Positions 15,711 to 26,235 of a stretch of DNA of 43,052 bases are shown piece after piece. A program made the translations under genes and the position numbers. The notes beneath the pieces are model-generated. The model ran no database searches. It worked only from the letters and a program-made list of their open reading frames with translations, and was not told the DNA's origin. Source of the stretch: a virus (Duplodnaviria; Caudoviricetes); the IMG/VR virus record IMGVR_UViG_3300044983_000249, positions 1 through 43,052 of that record. One strand, given 5' to 3'. The number at the start of each line of letters is the position of its first letter. Within the stretch, counting starts at the first letter, position 1.

Positions 15711-18700
15711 CTACTCCGCGTGTAACGACCCGAGCGCGCTCGATGCGATGCGGCTGGGACTTTGGCTCTGCATGGGGGGTTGGGGTTTGCTGGCCTCGGC
15801 CGCGAGTCGCTGCGCATCGGCTTTCTCTGCCTTGCGAAGGAGCCCGGCAAAGTCACTCGAAAGGGTGGGCTCGCCCGCTCCGTCGAGGTTCAGTGCACTG
15901 TCGATCTGCTCGAGCGCGGCCCGGGAGATGACCCCGGGGCGCCCGGAGAGTTCGTGGATCTCGCGCATCGCCGAGGTCTGGAACATCGTGTAGCCCTCGG
16001 GCCAGAGGCTCTGCACGGCTTCGATCTGCTCGGGAACGAGCTCGTTACTGGCGAGGTCGTCGAGACTGTCGAGCGGATGAAAGGCGCCCACGAAATGCCC
16101 CGCCCACTCGCTGATCTCTTCGAACGTCGGAGGATACCCTTCCGGATCGAGCGCGCTCTTGCCGGCCACCCCGGGCCTCCGCTCGTGGAGGTAGTTCACG
16201 ACGTTCATGGTCTGCCCGACCATGGACGCGAAGATCTCGGGCTGCTCTGTCGGCAGGTCGCCCAAGTTCTCGGCCATGTGCCGGGCGAGTTTTTCCGGGT
16301 GGGCGACCACGTCCTCGATGAGCTCGCTCTTCTCGCTGAACGCGTCCACGGGGTCGTCGTGTTTGCCCATGAACCGGGCCAGGTGCCGGGGCACGTCGAG
16401 CTCCTGAGCGCGCCGGTCGAGCTCGCGCGCCTTGGGGGAGCGGTAGCGGGGCGAAGCCTTCGGGTCTTTGGCGAGCGCGAAGAGGTCTTTGACGGCTCCG
16501 TTCACGCGCTGGGTCGTCTTCTGCTGGATGCGGGCGAAGGACTCGGCGGTCTGGATGCGGGCCTGTTGCTGTTCGGGGGTGAGGGCGGAGAGCTGCTGGG
16601 TGAGCTGGTCCCGTGCCTGCTGGTCCTCGGGGAGCATCGCTGCGGAGGCCTGCCCGGACGCGAGCAGTGCACCGCCTCCCGCGAGCGCGGCCACTCCCGC
16701 TACCTGCCCGCGGACGTCGTTGGCGGGCGAGCCTGGAGGCGCCTGAGGCGTTCCGGGCGTGCCCGTCCCGGCTCCGGGAGGCATGGGGGGAACTCCCGTG
16801 CGGACCGGCGGGGCATGCGCTTGCTCGAGGAATCTCTGGAGAGAGGCCGGCATGCGCGCCTGGTGCAATGGATCGGCGAGCAGGTCGGAGCCCTTGACGC
16901 GTCCGGCGTAGCGGTCGAGCAGCGAGCGGGTGGCGGTGCCGGTCTTGGCCATTTCGCCCTCGAGACCCAGCGTCGTCGCGAGCCGGTCGAGGGCATGCGC
17001 GCCCTTGCCCATCCAGCCCAGTTGGCGGGCGACGTTGCCAAAGGCGAACCCAGCTTTCCTGCCGCCGTATTCGGCCGCGTGGAGCAGGACGTTCGACGCT
17101 AGAGCGGCGCCCGTCGATGCGCCGCCGGTGCCACCATGGCCGCCTCCTGCCGCTTCCTCTGCCGCGTGCAAGACTTGAGCGCTATTGAGATCGTCCCGGA
17201 GGTTCTGCAGTTTCTCGATGAACTCCGGGAGCCGTTCGAGCCGGCTCATCCCATGCTCGAGGCGGTTCCTGCCGAGGGTCTCGGCTTGGTCGAGGACGTG
17301 AGCCAGGTCCTGCTGGAAGAGCTTGCCCCCGAGGTGCGGGTCCTCGAACAACCGCCGGAACGCATCCGGGTCTGCCCTCCGCTCGATCGACCCGACCCCG
17401 GTCTCGCCCCAGGTTCTCCCGGTGACCTCGTACAGCTTTTTCTGGACGCGCCCGAGGGCCCCGATCATCTCGTGGAGCGGCTCGTTGTGAGCGGCCTGGA
17501 TCCGGGCGTTGGCGCCAAAGAGGCCCTCGTCGAGCATGCCCTCCCGGAGCGAATCGGTGACGCTCCGGACCTGGTTCATCACCGCTTGGCGCGTCTCCTG
17601 ATCGACGGCGGAATTGGCGGCGCTGCCGATGCGGGCGATGAGCGAATCGCCGGAGCGCTTGAACGCGTCGAGGCCGACGTTCAGACCCGCGCCTTCGGTC
17701 AAGTTGATGCGCCGAAGGCCCTTCTGGATGGCCTCCTCCGCTGCCACTCCGAGGCCTTTAGCGTCCGGGATCGCGCGGATGGCCTCGATGGCCTGGGCGC
17801 TCTTCTCGGTCATGTCCCCGAGCCACGCCCGCTGCTTCTCGACCATCTCGGGCGTCCATTCGGCGGCGCCCTTGGCAAAGTCCTCGTGTTTGGCGGCCAG
17901 GCCCGCGTCGTCGTAGAGGACCTCATTGATGAGGTCCGCGTCCCGGGCTGCCTCGACCGAGAGCTGCTCGCGAATCGTGGGCGCCGCGTCGGCAATGGGC
18001 CCGGGTGCCACCTTGCCTTGCTTGATCTCACTGATGGCCTTGGCCGCGTCGAGGTCGTCGAAGTTCTTCGCTGCCGCCCCGGCGCTCTCTGCCGTTCTCG
18101 GAGCCCGGTTCCTGCCGCCCTGGACCGCGTCGGGGACTTCTCCCGGGTCGATCTCGCCGAGCCAATTCCGGGCCCCTGGGACGCCTTCGGTGGGGCGAAC
18201 GCCGGAGGCAGCTCCCGCTTCCTCGCCGAGCACCTTTCCCGCGCGACCCGCTGCGCCCGATAGGGCATGGCCCGCGCCGATGAATAGGCCTCCGAGGGCC
18301 AGGTTCACCCCGCCGTTCATGAGCGCCGCCTTCGCCGAGAAGTCGCGCTTTTGGGTGATCGCGTCGACGGCTTCCTGGCTCATGCCGGTAGCCGCCGATT
18401 CGACGCCGAGTCCCGCTGCCGTCCCGAGCGCGCCGCCTCCCGCTAGACCCGCGCCAATGCCTCCGGCGAGCGCTCCGGTGATGCCCATCGGCAGGAGCTC
18501 ACCGGCGAGGGCCGCGGTCGGGTGGGCCTCTTTGGCGAGCGCGGCTTTGTTGAAGAACTCCCCGAGCGAGGCCTCGTTCTGCTTCTGCCAGTCGAGAGCC
18601 CCAGGCGAGGCGTTCGGATCCTGGCTGGCGTCGTAGGAGCCGAGGCCTACTTTGCGGAGGGCCTTGTCGGCCATCTCGAGCGGGGCGCCGACCGCTGCCG

Positions 18701-18851
18701 ACCCGACGCGTGCGGCGGCCAGGAGCGGGCTTTCCTGCTGGGCCCGGTACTCGTCGGGCGAGACGAGGCCGTACTCGCCGCGGGAGCGCTCCGCGTCGTC
18801 GTCGGGGACGTCGAAGATGTCGCCCGACTTCGGATCGACCAGCTGAGGCAT
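15711..18851 (-). CDS. Large internal virion/DNA ejection protein (1046 aa)
   Basis: Ala/Gly-rich, helical, with hydrophobic Gly-zipper stretches; last of three genes after the nozzle. Confidence 0.65.
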   Translation of the reverse strand: MPQLVDPKSGDIFDVPDDDAERSRGEYGLVSPDEYRAQQESPLLAAARVGSAAVGAPLEMADKALRKVGLGSYDASQDPNASPGALDWQKQNEASLGEFFNKAALAKEAHPTAALAGELLPMGITGALAGGIGAGLAGGGALGTAAGLGVESAATGMSQEAVDAITQKRDFSAKAALMNGGVNLALGGLFIGAGHALSGAAGRAGKVLGEEAGAASGVRPTEGVPGARNWLGEIDPGEVPDAVQGGRNRAPRTAESAGAAAKNFDDLDAAKAISEIKQGKVAPGPIADAAPTIREQLSVEAARDADLINEVLYDDAGLAAKHEDFAKGAAEWTPEMVEKQRAWLGDMTEKSAQAIEAIRAIPDAKGLGVAAEEAIQKGLRRINLTEGAGLNVGLDAFKRSGDSLIARIGSAANSAVDQETRQAVMNQVRSVTDSLREGMLDEGLFGANARIQAAHNEPLHEMIGALGRVQKKLYEVTGRTWGETGVGSIERRADPDAFRRLFEDPHLGGKLFQQDLAHVLDQAETLGRNRLEHGMSRLERLPEFIEKLQNLRDDLNSAQVLHAAEEAAGGGHGGTGGASTGAALASNVLLHAAEYGGRKAGFAFGNVARQLGWMGKGAHALDRLATTLGLEGEMAKTGTATRSLLDRYAGRVKGSDLLADPLHQARMPASLQRFLEQAHAPPVRTGVPPMPPGAGTGTPGTPQAPPGSPANDVRGQVAGVAALAGGGALLASGQASAAMLPEDQQARDQLTQQLSALTPEQQQARIQTAESFARIQQKTTQRVNGAVKDLFALAKDPKASPRYRSPKARELDRRAQELDVPRHLARFMGKHDDPVDAFSEKSELIEDVVAHPEKLARHMAENLGDLPTEQPEIFASMVGQTMNVVNYLHERRPGVAGKSALDPEGYPPTFEEISEWAGHFVGAFHPLDSLDDLASNELVPEQIEAVQSLWPEGYTMFQTSAMREIHELSGRPGVISRAALEQIDSALNLDGAGEPTLSSDFAGLLRKAEKADAQRLAAEASKPQPPMQSQSPSRIASSALGSLHAE

Positions 18852-20656
18852 CAGGGAGCCGGGGTGTTCATGTTGCCGACCTTCTTATGCGGGATGGCCC
18901 CTCGGTCCCGGGCCTGGGCCGCGCGATCCGCCGGGGCTGCCCGGGGCTTGATCGCGAGCTCGGCAGCGTTGAGGCGTGCCGCGAGATCCTCCGGGCTCAC
19001 CGCGTCGGTCAAGGCGCCGTAGAATGGGATCGCAAAGGACGCTATCGCGTGGCCGGTGTGGCTCTCCGCGCCGACCGCGCGCTCGGCGGCGTCCTCGTCC
19101 TGGCCCATGCCCTTCAAGGCCTCGACGGCCTGCGACTGGTAGGCCTCGATCGTCTTGTCGTCGGACTTCTTGCCGCCCACGGTCCACTTGCCGTCGACCC
19201 TCCGGAGGCCCTTGGCTTGGGCGACCTGGTCCACGGTATCGAGTGCGGCTTGGGCCTTGCCCTGGTCGACGTCGCGCTTGCCGTCCTCGCCCTGGGCCTT
19301 GCGCTTGTCGTCGGCCTCCTGCTGGTCGCGCTTGTATTGGGCCTCGGTCTTCTCCGTCGGGGGGGCCATCCCGTTCTGTTGCCAGATCTTCGCCCTCTCG
19401 ACGGGACCAATCCCGGCCGCCTCGAGTGCCTTGTCTTGCTCGGCGAGTTCCTTCGGTGTCATGGGTTTCTTCCCCGCCCCGCCAATGCCTGCGCCCGACA
19501 CTCGGTCGCGACTGAGGGATGTGCCCTGGGTCCGGCCGAGCTGGCTCGCGGTCGATTGCTGCTTGGCCAGGGTGCCCCAGAAGGCCTTGGCGCTCTCGGC
19601 CATCTTGGAGGCCTTCTCGGTCTCGAACTGCGCCTTCATGGTCTTGGCGTTGGCCAGGACCGTCGCGCTCTTTTCGTCGATCGTCATGGCGTCGAGGCGC
19701 TTCGAGAGCGCGTCGTTCATGCGCGCCTCGAGCATGGGGGCCGCGGCTTCGATGGAGCCGAGCTCGCGCTCTAAGCCCCGGAGCTCGCTGTTCCTGTCGT
19801 CGAGCTGGGCCTGGATGGCTTGCTTCTTCTGCTCCTGGATCGACTGCAAGGCGGTATTGGGCCCGCCGAATTTGGTTGCGTTCAGGCTCCGGAGCGCGAC
19901 CCCGAGCAGGCCGAGCGTGGTCCCCAGGGCCCCCTTGTCCTTCCAGAGCTGGTTGATGTCCGTCTTGCGCGAGTCGACCTCCTGGTACTTTTTGATGACC
20001 GCGGCCTTGCGCGCTTCGGAGCTGGCCTGAGCGGCAGCGGTGACGGCTTCCTTGTCGGCGGCCATCTGCATGAGCGCGTTCTTGCGTTGCTGCTGAGCGG
20101 CAACCACGCTGTTGGCGCCTTCGTCCGCGGCCTGGCCTTGTCGGTTGTAGCCCTGGGCAATGTCGGCTTGCTGCCGCTGGAACTCGCCCTCGTCCTGAGC
20201 GGATCCGGTGCGCGAGACGCTGCTCTGATTGTTGACGCTCTCGCTCTGCTGATCGGTGGATTCGCTCTTGTCGGTGTAGCGAGCAGGGCCTCGGGATCCG
20301 GGCAGGGCTGGAGCGGCGAGCGGGGCCAGCGACTTCGGCTGCTCGGGAGCCTCGGGCGCGGCCCCGCCGAGCGGCTGCTGTTCATCGGGGAGCGCATCCT
20401 CCTGCTCGGCTGCAGTGGTGGAGTTCAGGAACTGGTCGTCGACCGACGGCGCTGGCTCGGTCCCGCCATTGGCCAGGGACGCGCTCTTGTCGAGCAGGCT
20501 CTTGGCGAGCTCCGGATCGCCCGCGCCGTATTTGCGGGACCCATCGGCGTAAGTCCAGCTCCCGTGCCCGATGTCGTCGGAGTCCGGGTCTTGCTCGAAT
20601 CCGACCGGCGGATCCTCCTCGTCGGCATCGAAGGCGGGAAAGGGTACGTACGGCAT
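18851..20656 (-). CDS. Putative internal virion/ejection protein (601 aa)
   Basis: Coiled-coil Gln/Ala-rich composition; position. Confidence 0.6.
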   Translation of the reverse strand: MPYVPFPAFDADEEDPPVGFEQDPDSDDIGHGSWTYADGSRKYGAGDPELAKSLLDKSASLANGGTEPAPSVDDQFLNSTTAAEQEDALPDEQQPLGGAAPEAPEQPKSLAPLAAPALPGSRGPARYTDKSESTDQQSESVNNQSSVSRTGSAQDEGEFQRQQADIAQGYNRQGQAADEGANSVVAAQQQRKNALMQMAADKEAVTAAAQASSEARKAAVIKKYQEVDSRKTDINQLWKDKGALGTTLGLLGVALRSLNATKFGGPNTALQSIQEQKKQAIQAQLDDRNSELRGLERELGSIEAAAPMLEARMNDALSKRLDAMTIDEKSATVLANAKTMKAQFETEKASKMAESAKAFWGTLAKQQSTASQLGRTQGTSLSRDRVSGAGIGGAGKKPMTPKELAEQDKALEAAGIGPVERAKIWQQNGMAPPTEKTEAQYKRDQQEADDKRKAQGEDGKRDVDQGKAQAALDTVDQVAQAKGLRRVDGKWTVGGKKSDDKTIEAYQSQAVEALKGMGQDEDAAERAVGAESHTGHAIASFAIPFYGALTDAVSPEDLAARLNAAELAIKPRAAPADRAAQARDRGAIPHKKVGNMNTPAP

Positions 20657-20675
20657 GGTTCCTCAGCTCGTGGAT

Positions 20676-22082
20676 TCAGAGCGCCGAGAGCACGTCGCCG
20701 AGTAGGCCCGTGACGTAGTCGGCCGTGGTCTTCTCCGGGGCCCCGCCGAGCTTGGCCGCGGCGAGCTTCTGTTGCGGGGTGAGCTCGAATTGGTCGGCGT
20801 GGCGGATGTTCTCGAGCTGGGGAATGGTCTTGAGCGCGTCACTCTGGAGTCCCGCGCCGATCTGGTTCTGCCCTTGGGCGAATTGCAGCCCCTGCCCGCG
20901 CTCGGTGATGTTGCCCTGACGGAGCTGGGTCGCGAGATCTCCGCCGAGCCCGAGGGCCTTCAAGGTGTCACTGTCGAGCCCCTGAGCGAGGTTACCCTCG
21001 AGGCCCAACGCAGAGAGGTCCTGGCCCCGTCGCGCCTCGGCCTCCTTTGCTCGCAAGAGCGCCGTGTCTCGGTTGGTGTCGACGCCCGTGGCCGCGTTGT
21101 TCGCTAGCGCCTGGCTCATCATGCGCGCCTGGCTCCCGGCGTCCCGGGCCCTTCCCGAGCGCGCGAGCGAGAGCGCATCGGCCATATTGCCTTGCGCCCC
21201 CTGTTGCAATTGGAGCTCTGCCGCGGAGGGGCCACCGGGCGCGGTGAGAAAGCCGTTCACGTCCGTCATGACGTCGTTCTGCTTGCGGGGCCCGCTGAGG
21301 AAACCCATCGCCTGGTCGAGCGCGTCCTGTTGCCCCTGGGCACCCGCGCCTCCCGGGGCTACGGTGCCGTTCAGGACGCCTTGCCCGAGCGAACGATCGG
21401 CGTTGGCCTGGTTGTCTGCCGCCCCGAGCTGGACGGAATAGGCGCCGTTTAGGCCCATGCCTCCCCGGTCGTTGCCCGAGGTGTCGACGGGGATGTCACC
21501 GGCTCCGCCCATGACCTGGTCGAGCGCGTCGCCGATGGCCCCGGCCCCCGTCCGGGCGATGCCCTGGGTCGCCGCCGCTGCCGCATCAGGGGCGATGGAC
21601 GCGGCGGGTCGTCCGGAGTTGCCCGCGTTGCTGCCGAGACCCGTGTTCGGGTCGAGGGGCGCGGAGAGCGGATTGTAGTCGAGCGGGTTGGTGAAACCAC
21701 CGGCGAGCGGGTTGGGGTTGGCGGCGTCTCCCGCGTGAGAGATGCCGACGCGCTCGCCCAGGGAATTGAGCGCGCCTGACCCGGAGGTGAAGAAGTCGTT
21801 TCCCCCGAGCTGGTGCATGTAGTCGAATCCGGCACGCCCCGCGTCGCTCGCCGCATCGTATGCGCCCGTGGCTCCGCCTCCTGCGGCCAGTGGCGCTCCG
21901 GTGCCGCTCGTTCGGTCCTGGTTGGCGTTGATGTTGGCGGTATTGGTTGCCGAGTTACGGTTGCGGATGAGATTCGACGCGGCAGGATCGGCCACTGCGG
22001 CATCAGGGGCCTTGGCCGCGTCGGCAACGCCACCCTCTCCCAAAAGATCAAAGGTGCGCGGGTCATTGGGATCGTAGGCCAT
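20676..22082 (-). CDS. Putative internal virion/pilot protein (468 aa)
   Basis: Gly/Ala/Gln/Asn-rich; GPSAAELQLQQG motif; position after the nozzle. Confidence 0.6.
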   Translation of the reverse strand: MAYDPNDPRTFDLLGEGGVADAAKAPDAAVADPAASNLIRNRNSATNTANINANQDRTSGTGAPLAAGGGATGAYDAASDAGRAGFDYMHQLGGNDFFTSGSGALNSLGERVGISHAGDAANPNPLAGGFTNPLDYNPLSAPLDPNTGLGSNAGNSGRPAASIAPDAAAAATQGIARTGAGAIGDALDQVMGGAGDIPVDTSGNDRGGMGLNGAYSVQLGAADNQANADRSLGQGVLNGTVAPGGAGAQGQQDALDQAMGFLSGPRKQNDVMTDVNGFLTAPGGPSAAELQLQQGAQGNMADALSLARSGRARDAGSQARMMSQALANNAATGVDTNRDTALLRAKEAEARRGQDLSALGLEGNLAQGLDSDTLKALGLGGDLATQLRQGNITERGQGLQFAQGQNQIGAGLQSDALKTIPQLENIRHADQFELTPQQKLAAAKLGGAPEKTTADYVTGLLGDVLSAL

Positions 22083-22085
22083 CTC

Positions 22086-25034
22086 TCATCCTCTCTCGGC
22101 CGAAGCCTTGCGCGGTCCGCCACCACTCGGGAGTAGCTCGAGCCACCAATTGTTGAACACGAAGCCCTCCGTCGCCGATCCGGCGGTGCGAGCTTGGAAG
22201 TCGAAGCGGACGCTCTGAGCCTTGCGGATCGACGGGCTCCATTCCCGTTCCACGGTCGTCCCCGCGGTGAGGCCAGCAGCCGAGCGGAGCTGAAACACAG
22301 TGCCGTGATTCGTGTAGGTCTTGCCGTCGTCGTAGCTGATGCGCAGGCGCAGGTCACAGTCGCCGCGGTACTCGCCGACGAGGCCCACCGTGCAGTACTT
22401 GCCCGTCTTGGCCCCAAATGCATTCACGGTGCCGGTGGTGAGAGCGTGCTCGATGAACGTCCCGGGCGTGAGCGAGGTCTTCTCGGTGTAGACGATGCCA
22501 CCCGAGAGGTATGCGAGTCTCCCCTGGTAGCTGCATGCCGCGGTGATGGGAGTCGCGCTAGCGAACTCGTCCACGATCCAGGTCTTGGCTCGAAGGTCGT
22601 AGCAAACGATCCGCGAATCGGTCCCGCCCGAGTTGTTGCACGTGAAGCAGACTAGCTGCTCTTTGGTCACGAGCGTGGCCGAGGTCACCGTCGGGAAGTC
22701 CACGAGCGTATCTCTCACCGGTTGCCCGATCCAGACCGGAGGCGAGCCGTCGCGGGGGAGGACCCAGAGCTGACCGTTGCTGCCCTGGAAAAAGAGCCCG
22801 ATCGGGGTCTCGACCAGTGATTGCCAGGTCATGAGCCCCGTGGAACCGGGAACGACCGTGGGCTCGGTGTAGCGGCCTTCGCCGGCGTCGTTGGGGCCGT
22901 CTCCGCTGAACTGGTAGATGTGCTCGGCGGTGAACAGGAAGCCGCGCGCGTCGAGGGCGCCGACCCCGGTGATCCGCTCGGAGATCTTCGGGACGAGAAA
23001 GCCCGTGGCTCCGCTCCACTCGACTTGCCTGCCCGGGAAGATCTCTTTGCTCACCTGGGCCTCGTCCGCGTTGGCGGACAGGAGCCGAGCACCGAACTTC
23101 CAGAGGTAGTCGGCCGGCAAGGGCGCCTCGTGGGGAAGGATGGCCCCGAGAGCGGCACGGCCGGCTTGGGTATAGATGATCCCGTTGGCCCTCACGGTGG
23201 CATCCGAGGCCAGGAGCGTGAGAGTCGCGCCGGGAAGACCGGTCTCGGCGCGGCGCAATTGGCTGATGCCGGAGATGCTGCGGTAGGCAACAGCGATCGC
23301 GCTGCCGAACGCGCGCTGCCCATGGGGGGTGCTCGTCACGAGCGTAATCGTGTCGTCGGCTGCGCCCATCGTGACCGAGACGACGTCGCTGATGTCGCTC
23401 TCGACCAGGTTGCCGAGACTGTCGCGCTCCTCCCAGACGAGAGCCACGAGCAGGGTCGTCGAGCTGGGCAGGCTGCCGGCGCCGTTGCTGGGCGTGGCGC
23501 TGACGATGCGGGGCTTCTCGAAGAAGCCCGCGCTCATCACGGTGCGACCGTCGTACACCTCGACCGCCCCGCCCCCCACATAGAGCAGGCCGGCCATCTG
23601 CGCGCTCTGCCTTCGGGACGTCGAAGGGAAGTCGAACTCCGTGAGCTGGGGCCTCGATATGGCCGCGTCGTCGATCGTGAACGCGGGCCAATAGTACTTG
23701 CCCGTGGAGGAGTCCTTGGCGATCTGCGGGGTATGATCGGCGGAGGGCTTGGTTGCCGCAAACTTGTTGGTATAGGCCGCCACCGTCGAGACCGTCGAGG
23801 CGCTCGCTCCCTGGAGGAAGGTCGAGAAGAAGGCCCCGTCCGTCGTGAGCCCGCCGAAGACATGGTGATAGCCCGCGGCTCCGCCCACCGCCGGCTTTGC
23901 CCCGAGAAACGAGTCCACTAGCCCGAGACCGAGCGCGATGGTGGCATGGGTCGTGGCATTGATGATGACGCGGAACACGTCATTGACCGTAGCCGTCTCT
24001 TCGACCGCTACGAGGACCGCCTCCGTGCCGCCCGTGGTTGCGTCCGAAATGCCGGGCTGCCGATCGCTGGTTGCGACGACCGTCGTTGGCCCCGTCGAGA
24101 GTGCGCCTGCGAGGGTATAGCTCCGAAGTTGGCAAGTCCCCGCCGCGAGCACCGAGACGAGATGAACACGGGTCGCGGTCTCCCGGATCGCCACATGATC
24201 GTAGAGTACCGCCGGGCCCGTGATGTCCGAGCCCGCCACGCCCGAGGAGTTGAACGGGCGCAGAATCGTCGTTGGTGCCGTGGTGTTCAGGGCGACCCAA
24301 AAGCCGCTGCCGCTCGCGCGCGCCACCATGTCGTACGAACTGAACGCGAGCGCGGAGAACGCGGCGGTCAGGTCGGTCTTGTCGGCGTCGGTGGTGGGAT
24401 CGAACTTGGCGAGCAGGATGCTGGTGCCGGTGGAGGCGCAGAAAAAGAACGTCGTGCCCGACGAGACGATGCGCGGCCGGGCCCCGTTGAGGAACGTGGT
24501 GAGGATGTTGGCGCCGTCCGAGGCACGGAAAAAGCGCACCTCCGTCGAGGCGGAAGAGTCCTCGTACACGACGCCCACCACGCCCCCCGCTGCCGCGCAG
24601 TCCATCCGCGTGCAGGAGAACGTCGCGCCGATACCCGTGGCCGAGAAGACCGGGAGCGTGCGCAGATTGGTGACCGTCGATAGGCGTGTCTGCGACGCGT
24701 TGCCCGAGTCGAGCTCGCTCGGTTTCCACTCCGCCCCCGTGCCCGTGTAGTCGGCGATGTCCCAGAGGGTCGTGTCCCCGCTTACCGTGCTCGGGGCGGT
24801 CAGGGCGCAGAGGGCGGAGCCGAAGCCGACGAGGTCGCGTGGCACGACATCGGTCGACGTCGCCGTATCGTTGCCGATCGCGTCGTAATCCGCCCGCACC
24901 CCCCAGCGCCCATCCTTGCGGAGCCGCACGTTCTTGGCCCGTGTGAGGTACCCGTCGGGGAGGATCTTCCCGTCGACCTCCTGATGCTCGCCCTCGAGGA
25001 AGGGGAACATCTTGAGCTCGGTTCGGCGGGGCAT
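22086..25034 (-). CDS. Tail nozzle / tubular protein B-like (P22 gp10-like) protein
   Basis: N-terminal YLTRAKNVRLRKDG; beta-propeller-like repeats; C-terminal ISYDDGKTY...SVRFDF. Confidence 0.7.
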   Translation of the reverse strand: MPRRTELKMFPFLEGEHQEVDGKILPDGYLTRAKNVRLRKDGRWGVRADYDAIGNDTATSTDVVPRDLVGFGSALCALTAPSTVSGDTTLWDIADYTGTGAEWKPSELDSGNASQTRLSTVTNLRTLPVFSATGIGATFSCTRMDCAAAGGVVGVVYEDSSASTEVRFFRASDGANILTTFLNGARPRIVSSGTTFFFCASTGTSILLAKFDPTTDADKTDLTAAFSALAFSSYDMVARASGSGFWVALNTTAPTTILRPFNSSGVAGSDITGPAVLYDHVAIRETATRVHLVSVLAAGTCQLRSYTLAGALSTGPTTVVATSDRQPGISDATTGGTEAVLVAVEETATVNDVFRVIINATTHATIALGLGLVDSFLGAKPAVGGAAGYHHVFGGLTTDGAFFSTFLQGASASTVSTVAAYTNKFAATKPSADHTPQIAKDSSTGKYYWPAFTIDDAAISRPQLTEFDFPSTSRRQSAQMAGLLYVGGGAVEVYDGRTVMSAGFFEKPRIVSATPSNGAGSLPSSTTLLVALVWEERDSLGNLVESDISDVVSVTMGAADDTITLVTSTPHGQRAFGSAIAVAYRSISGISQLRRAETGLPGATLTLLASDATVRANGIIYTQAGRAALGAILPHEAPLPADYLWKFGARLLSANADEAQVSKEIFPGRQVEWSGATGFLVPKISERITGVGALDARGFLFTAEHIYQFSGDGPNDAGEGRYTEPTVVPGSTGLMTWQSLVETPIGLFFQGSNGQLWVLPRDGSPPVWIGQPVRDTLVDFPTVTSATLVTKEQLVCFTCNNSGGTDSRIVCYDLRAKTWIVDEFASATPITAACSYQGRLAYLSGGIVYTEKTSLTPGTFIEHALTTGTVNAFGAKTGKYCTVGLVGEYRGDCDLRLRISYDDGKTYTNHGTVFQLRSAAGLTAGTTVEREWSPSIRKAQSVRFDFQARTAGSATEGFVFNNWWLELLPSGGGPRKASAERG

Positions 25035-25038
25035 CGGG

Positions 25039-25058
25039 GTGGGTCACATTCTACCCGG
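25039..25058. promoter_or_regulatory. Operator-like palindrome overlapping a - strand TAGAAT -10 box
   Basis: GTGGGTCA-CATT-CTACCCGG immediately upstream of the nozzle gene ATG. Confidence 0.55.
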
Positions 25059-25148
25059 GGGCCGGCCCTAAGGCCACCGTTTCGCTTCGGCGATCGATCG
25101 GCGCGCGCGGCTCCAGGGGCCCGAGAGGTGGCCGTTCACTAGGGTGTG

Positions 25149-25706
25149 ATGCTTCGACTCCTCGCCCTCTGCTCGGTCCTCTCGCTCGCTTGCGGCGCTG
25201 CCGATACGGATGCGATCGAGCCTGTGGGCGCTCCCCAGACGGTCGTCGAGGCCCCCGAGGTCGTCGAAACGGTGGAGGCGGCCGCTCCGGCGTGCCAGTT
25301 CGTGTTCAGCCCCGAGGAGAGCCTACGGGCGGAGACACTCGACGCGGCCGCTCGCTGGAGCAAGGCGACGGGTTGCGACGTCGTGGTGGGTGAAGGTGGC
25401 ATTCCGGTCCGCTTGGTCGACGACCTCGGCCTGTCCCCGCGCGGGACACGCGTGCACGGCTGGACCCACTGCCCCGACACTTCGACCGCCTGCACCCAGA
25501 GCCGCCTCGTGATCGACCTCACCCCCGAGCACAAGCCGGCGGCGATGGCTCACGAGATGGGCCACGCCCTGCCCGCCATCATGACTCACGTGCAGGACGA
25601 GCACGCCTTGATGGATAACTCCGGCGGCGACGGGCTCATCCTCGCCGCGGATCTCGTCCAAATCTGCTCGGCGCTGCCGTGCCAAGCGTTCGTCCCGGAG
25701 ATGTGA
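25149..25706 (+). CDS. Lipoprotein zinc metalloprotease (metzincin/matrixin-like), moron
   Basis: Signal peptide with lipobox LSLA-C; HEMGH...H zinc site; HALMD Met-turn; antisense to the flanking late genes. Confidence 0.78.
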   Translation: MLRLLALCSVLSLACGAADTDAIEPVGAPQTVVEAPEVVETVEAAAPACQFVFSPEESLRAETLDAAARWSKATGCDVVVGEGGIPVRLVDDLGLSPRGTRVHGWTHCPDTSTACTQSRLVIDLTPEHKPAAMAHEMGHALPAIMTHVQDEHALMDNSGGDGLILAADLVQICSALPCQAFVPEM

Positions 25707-25937
25707 GTCACCTACCCGGGTGAGCCCCGGGACAGAACGCCCCGTCGTGGCGCGCCGCACGGGTGCTACAGTTTCCCCGGTAGGCCCTGCTCGTCCCCTG
25801 GTTTCCCCCCGGCCAGCGGTAGACGGGTGGGGCCTAGCCTTGCACGGGCAGGTTGAAGCGCCCTGTCTTGCGGAGCGGGTGCAGAAGGTCCCGCTGCTCC
25901 TGGTCCTGGTCGAGCTGGGCCAACCGAGCGGTGTCCT

Positions 25938-26201
25938 TCACGGCTTGAGCTCGGACTCGCTCTCGGTATCCTCGACCAAGTCTCTGAGCCTCCGCGGCTG
26001 CTCGCGCAGAAAAGTCTCGAAGGCTGTCCTCCACGTCTCGCTGACTGAGCGCAAATCGCGCTGCTGCTGTCTTGCCACAAGCTCGCGCGAGTAGCGTCTC
26101 TGTCGGTAGAGCAGCCAAATAGCGATCAGTAAGCAGCAGCCACCCAATAGCCTTTCGTAGAGCTGATGGTGGCCGGGTGTCAGTAGCGTCTCCGGATTCA
26201 T
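25938..26201 (-). CDS. Small single-TM membrane protein (holin-like candidate)
   Basis: LLGGCCLLIAIWLLY followed by RQRR; this frame has GC-rich third positions, unlike the overlapping 25834-26208 frame. Confidence 0.5.
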   Translation of the reverse strand: MNPETLLTPGHHQLYERLLGGCCLLIAIWLLYRQRRYSRELVARQQQRDLRSVSETWRTAFETFLREQPRRLRDLVEDTESESELKP

Positions 26202-26235
26202 GGTTCATCGTCTTCTCTCTCCCTGTCCCGTCTGG

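Noticed and set aside
25834-26208. 124-aa ORF overlapping the membrane-protein gene
   Set aside because: Its 5' two-thirds have AT-rich third positions; the 25938-26201 frame fits better, and only 25834-25941 may be a real small gene
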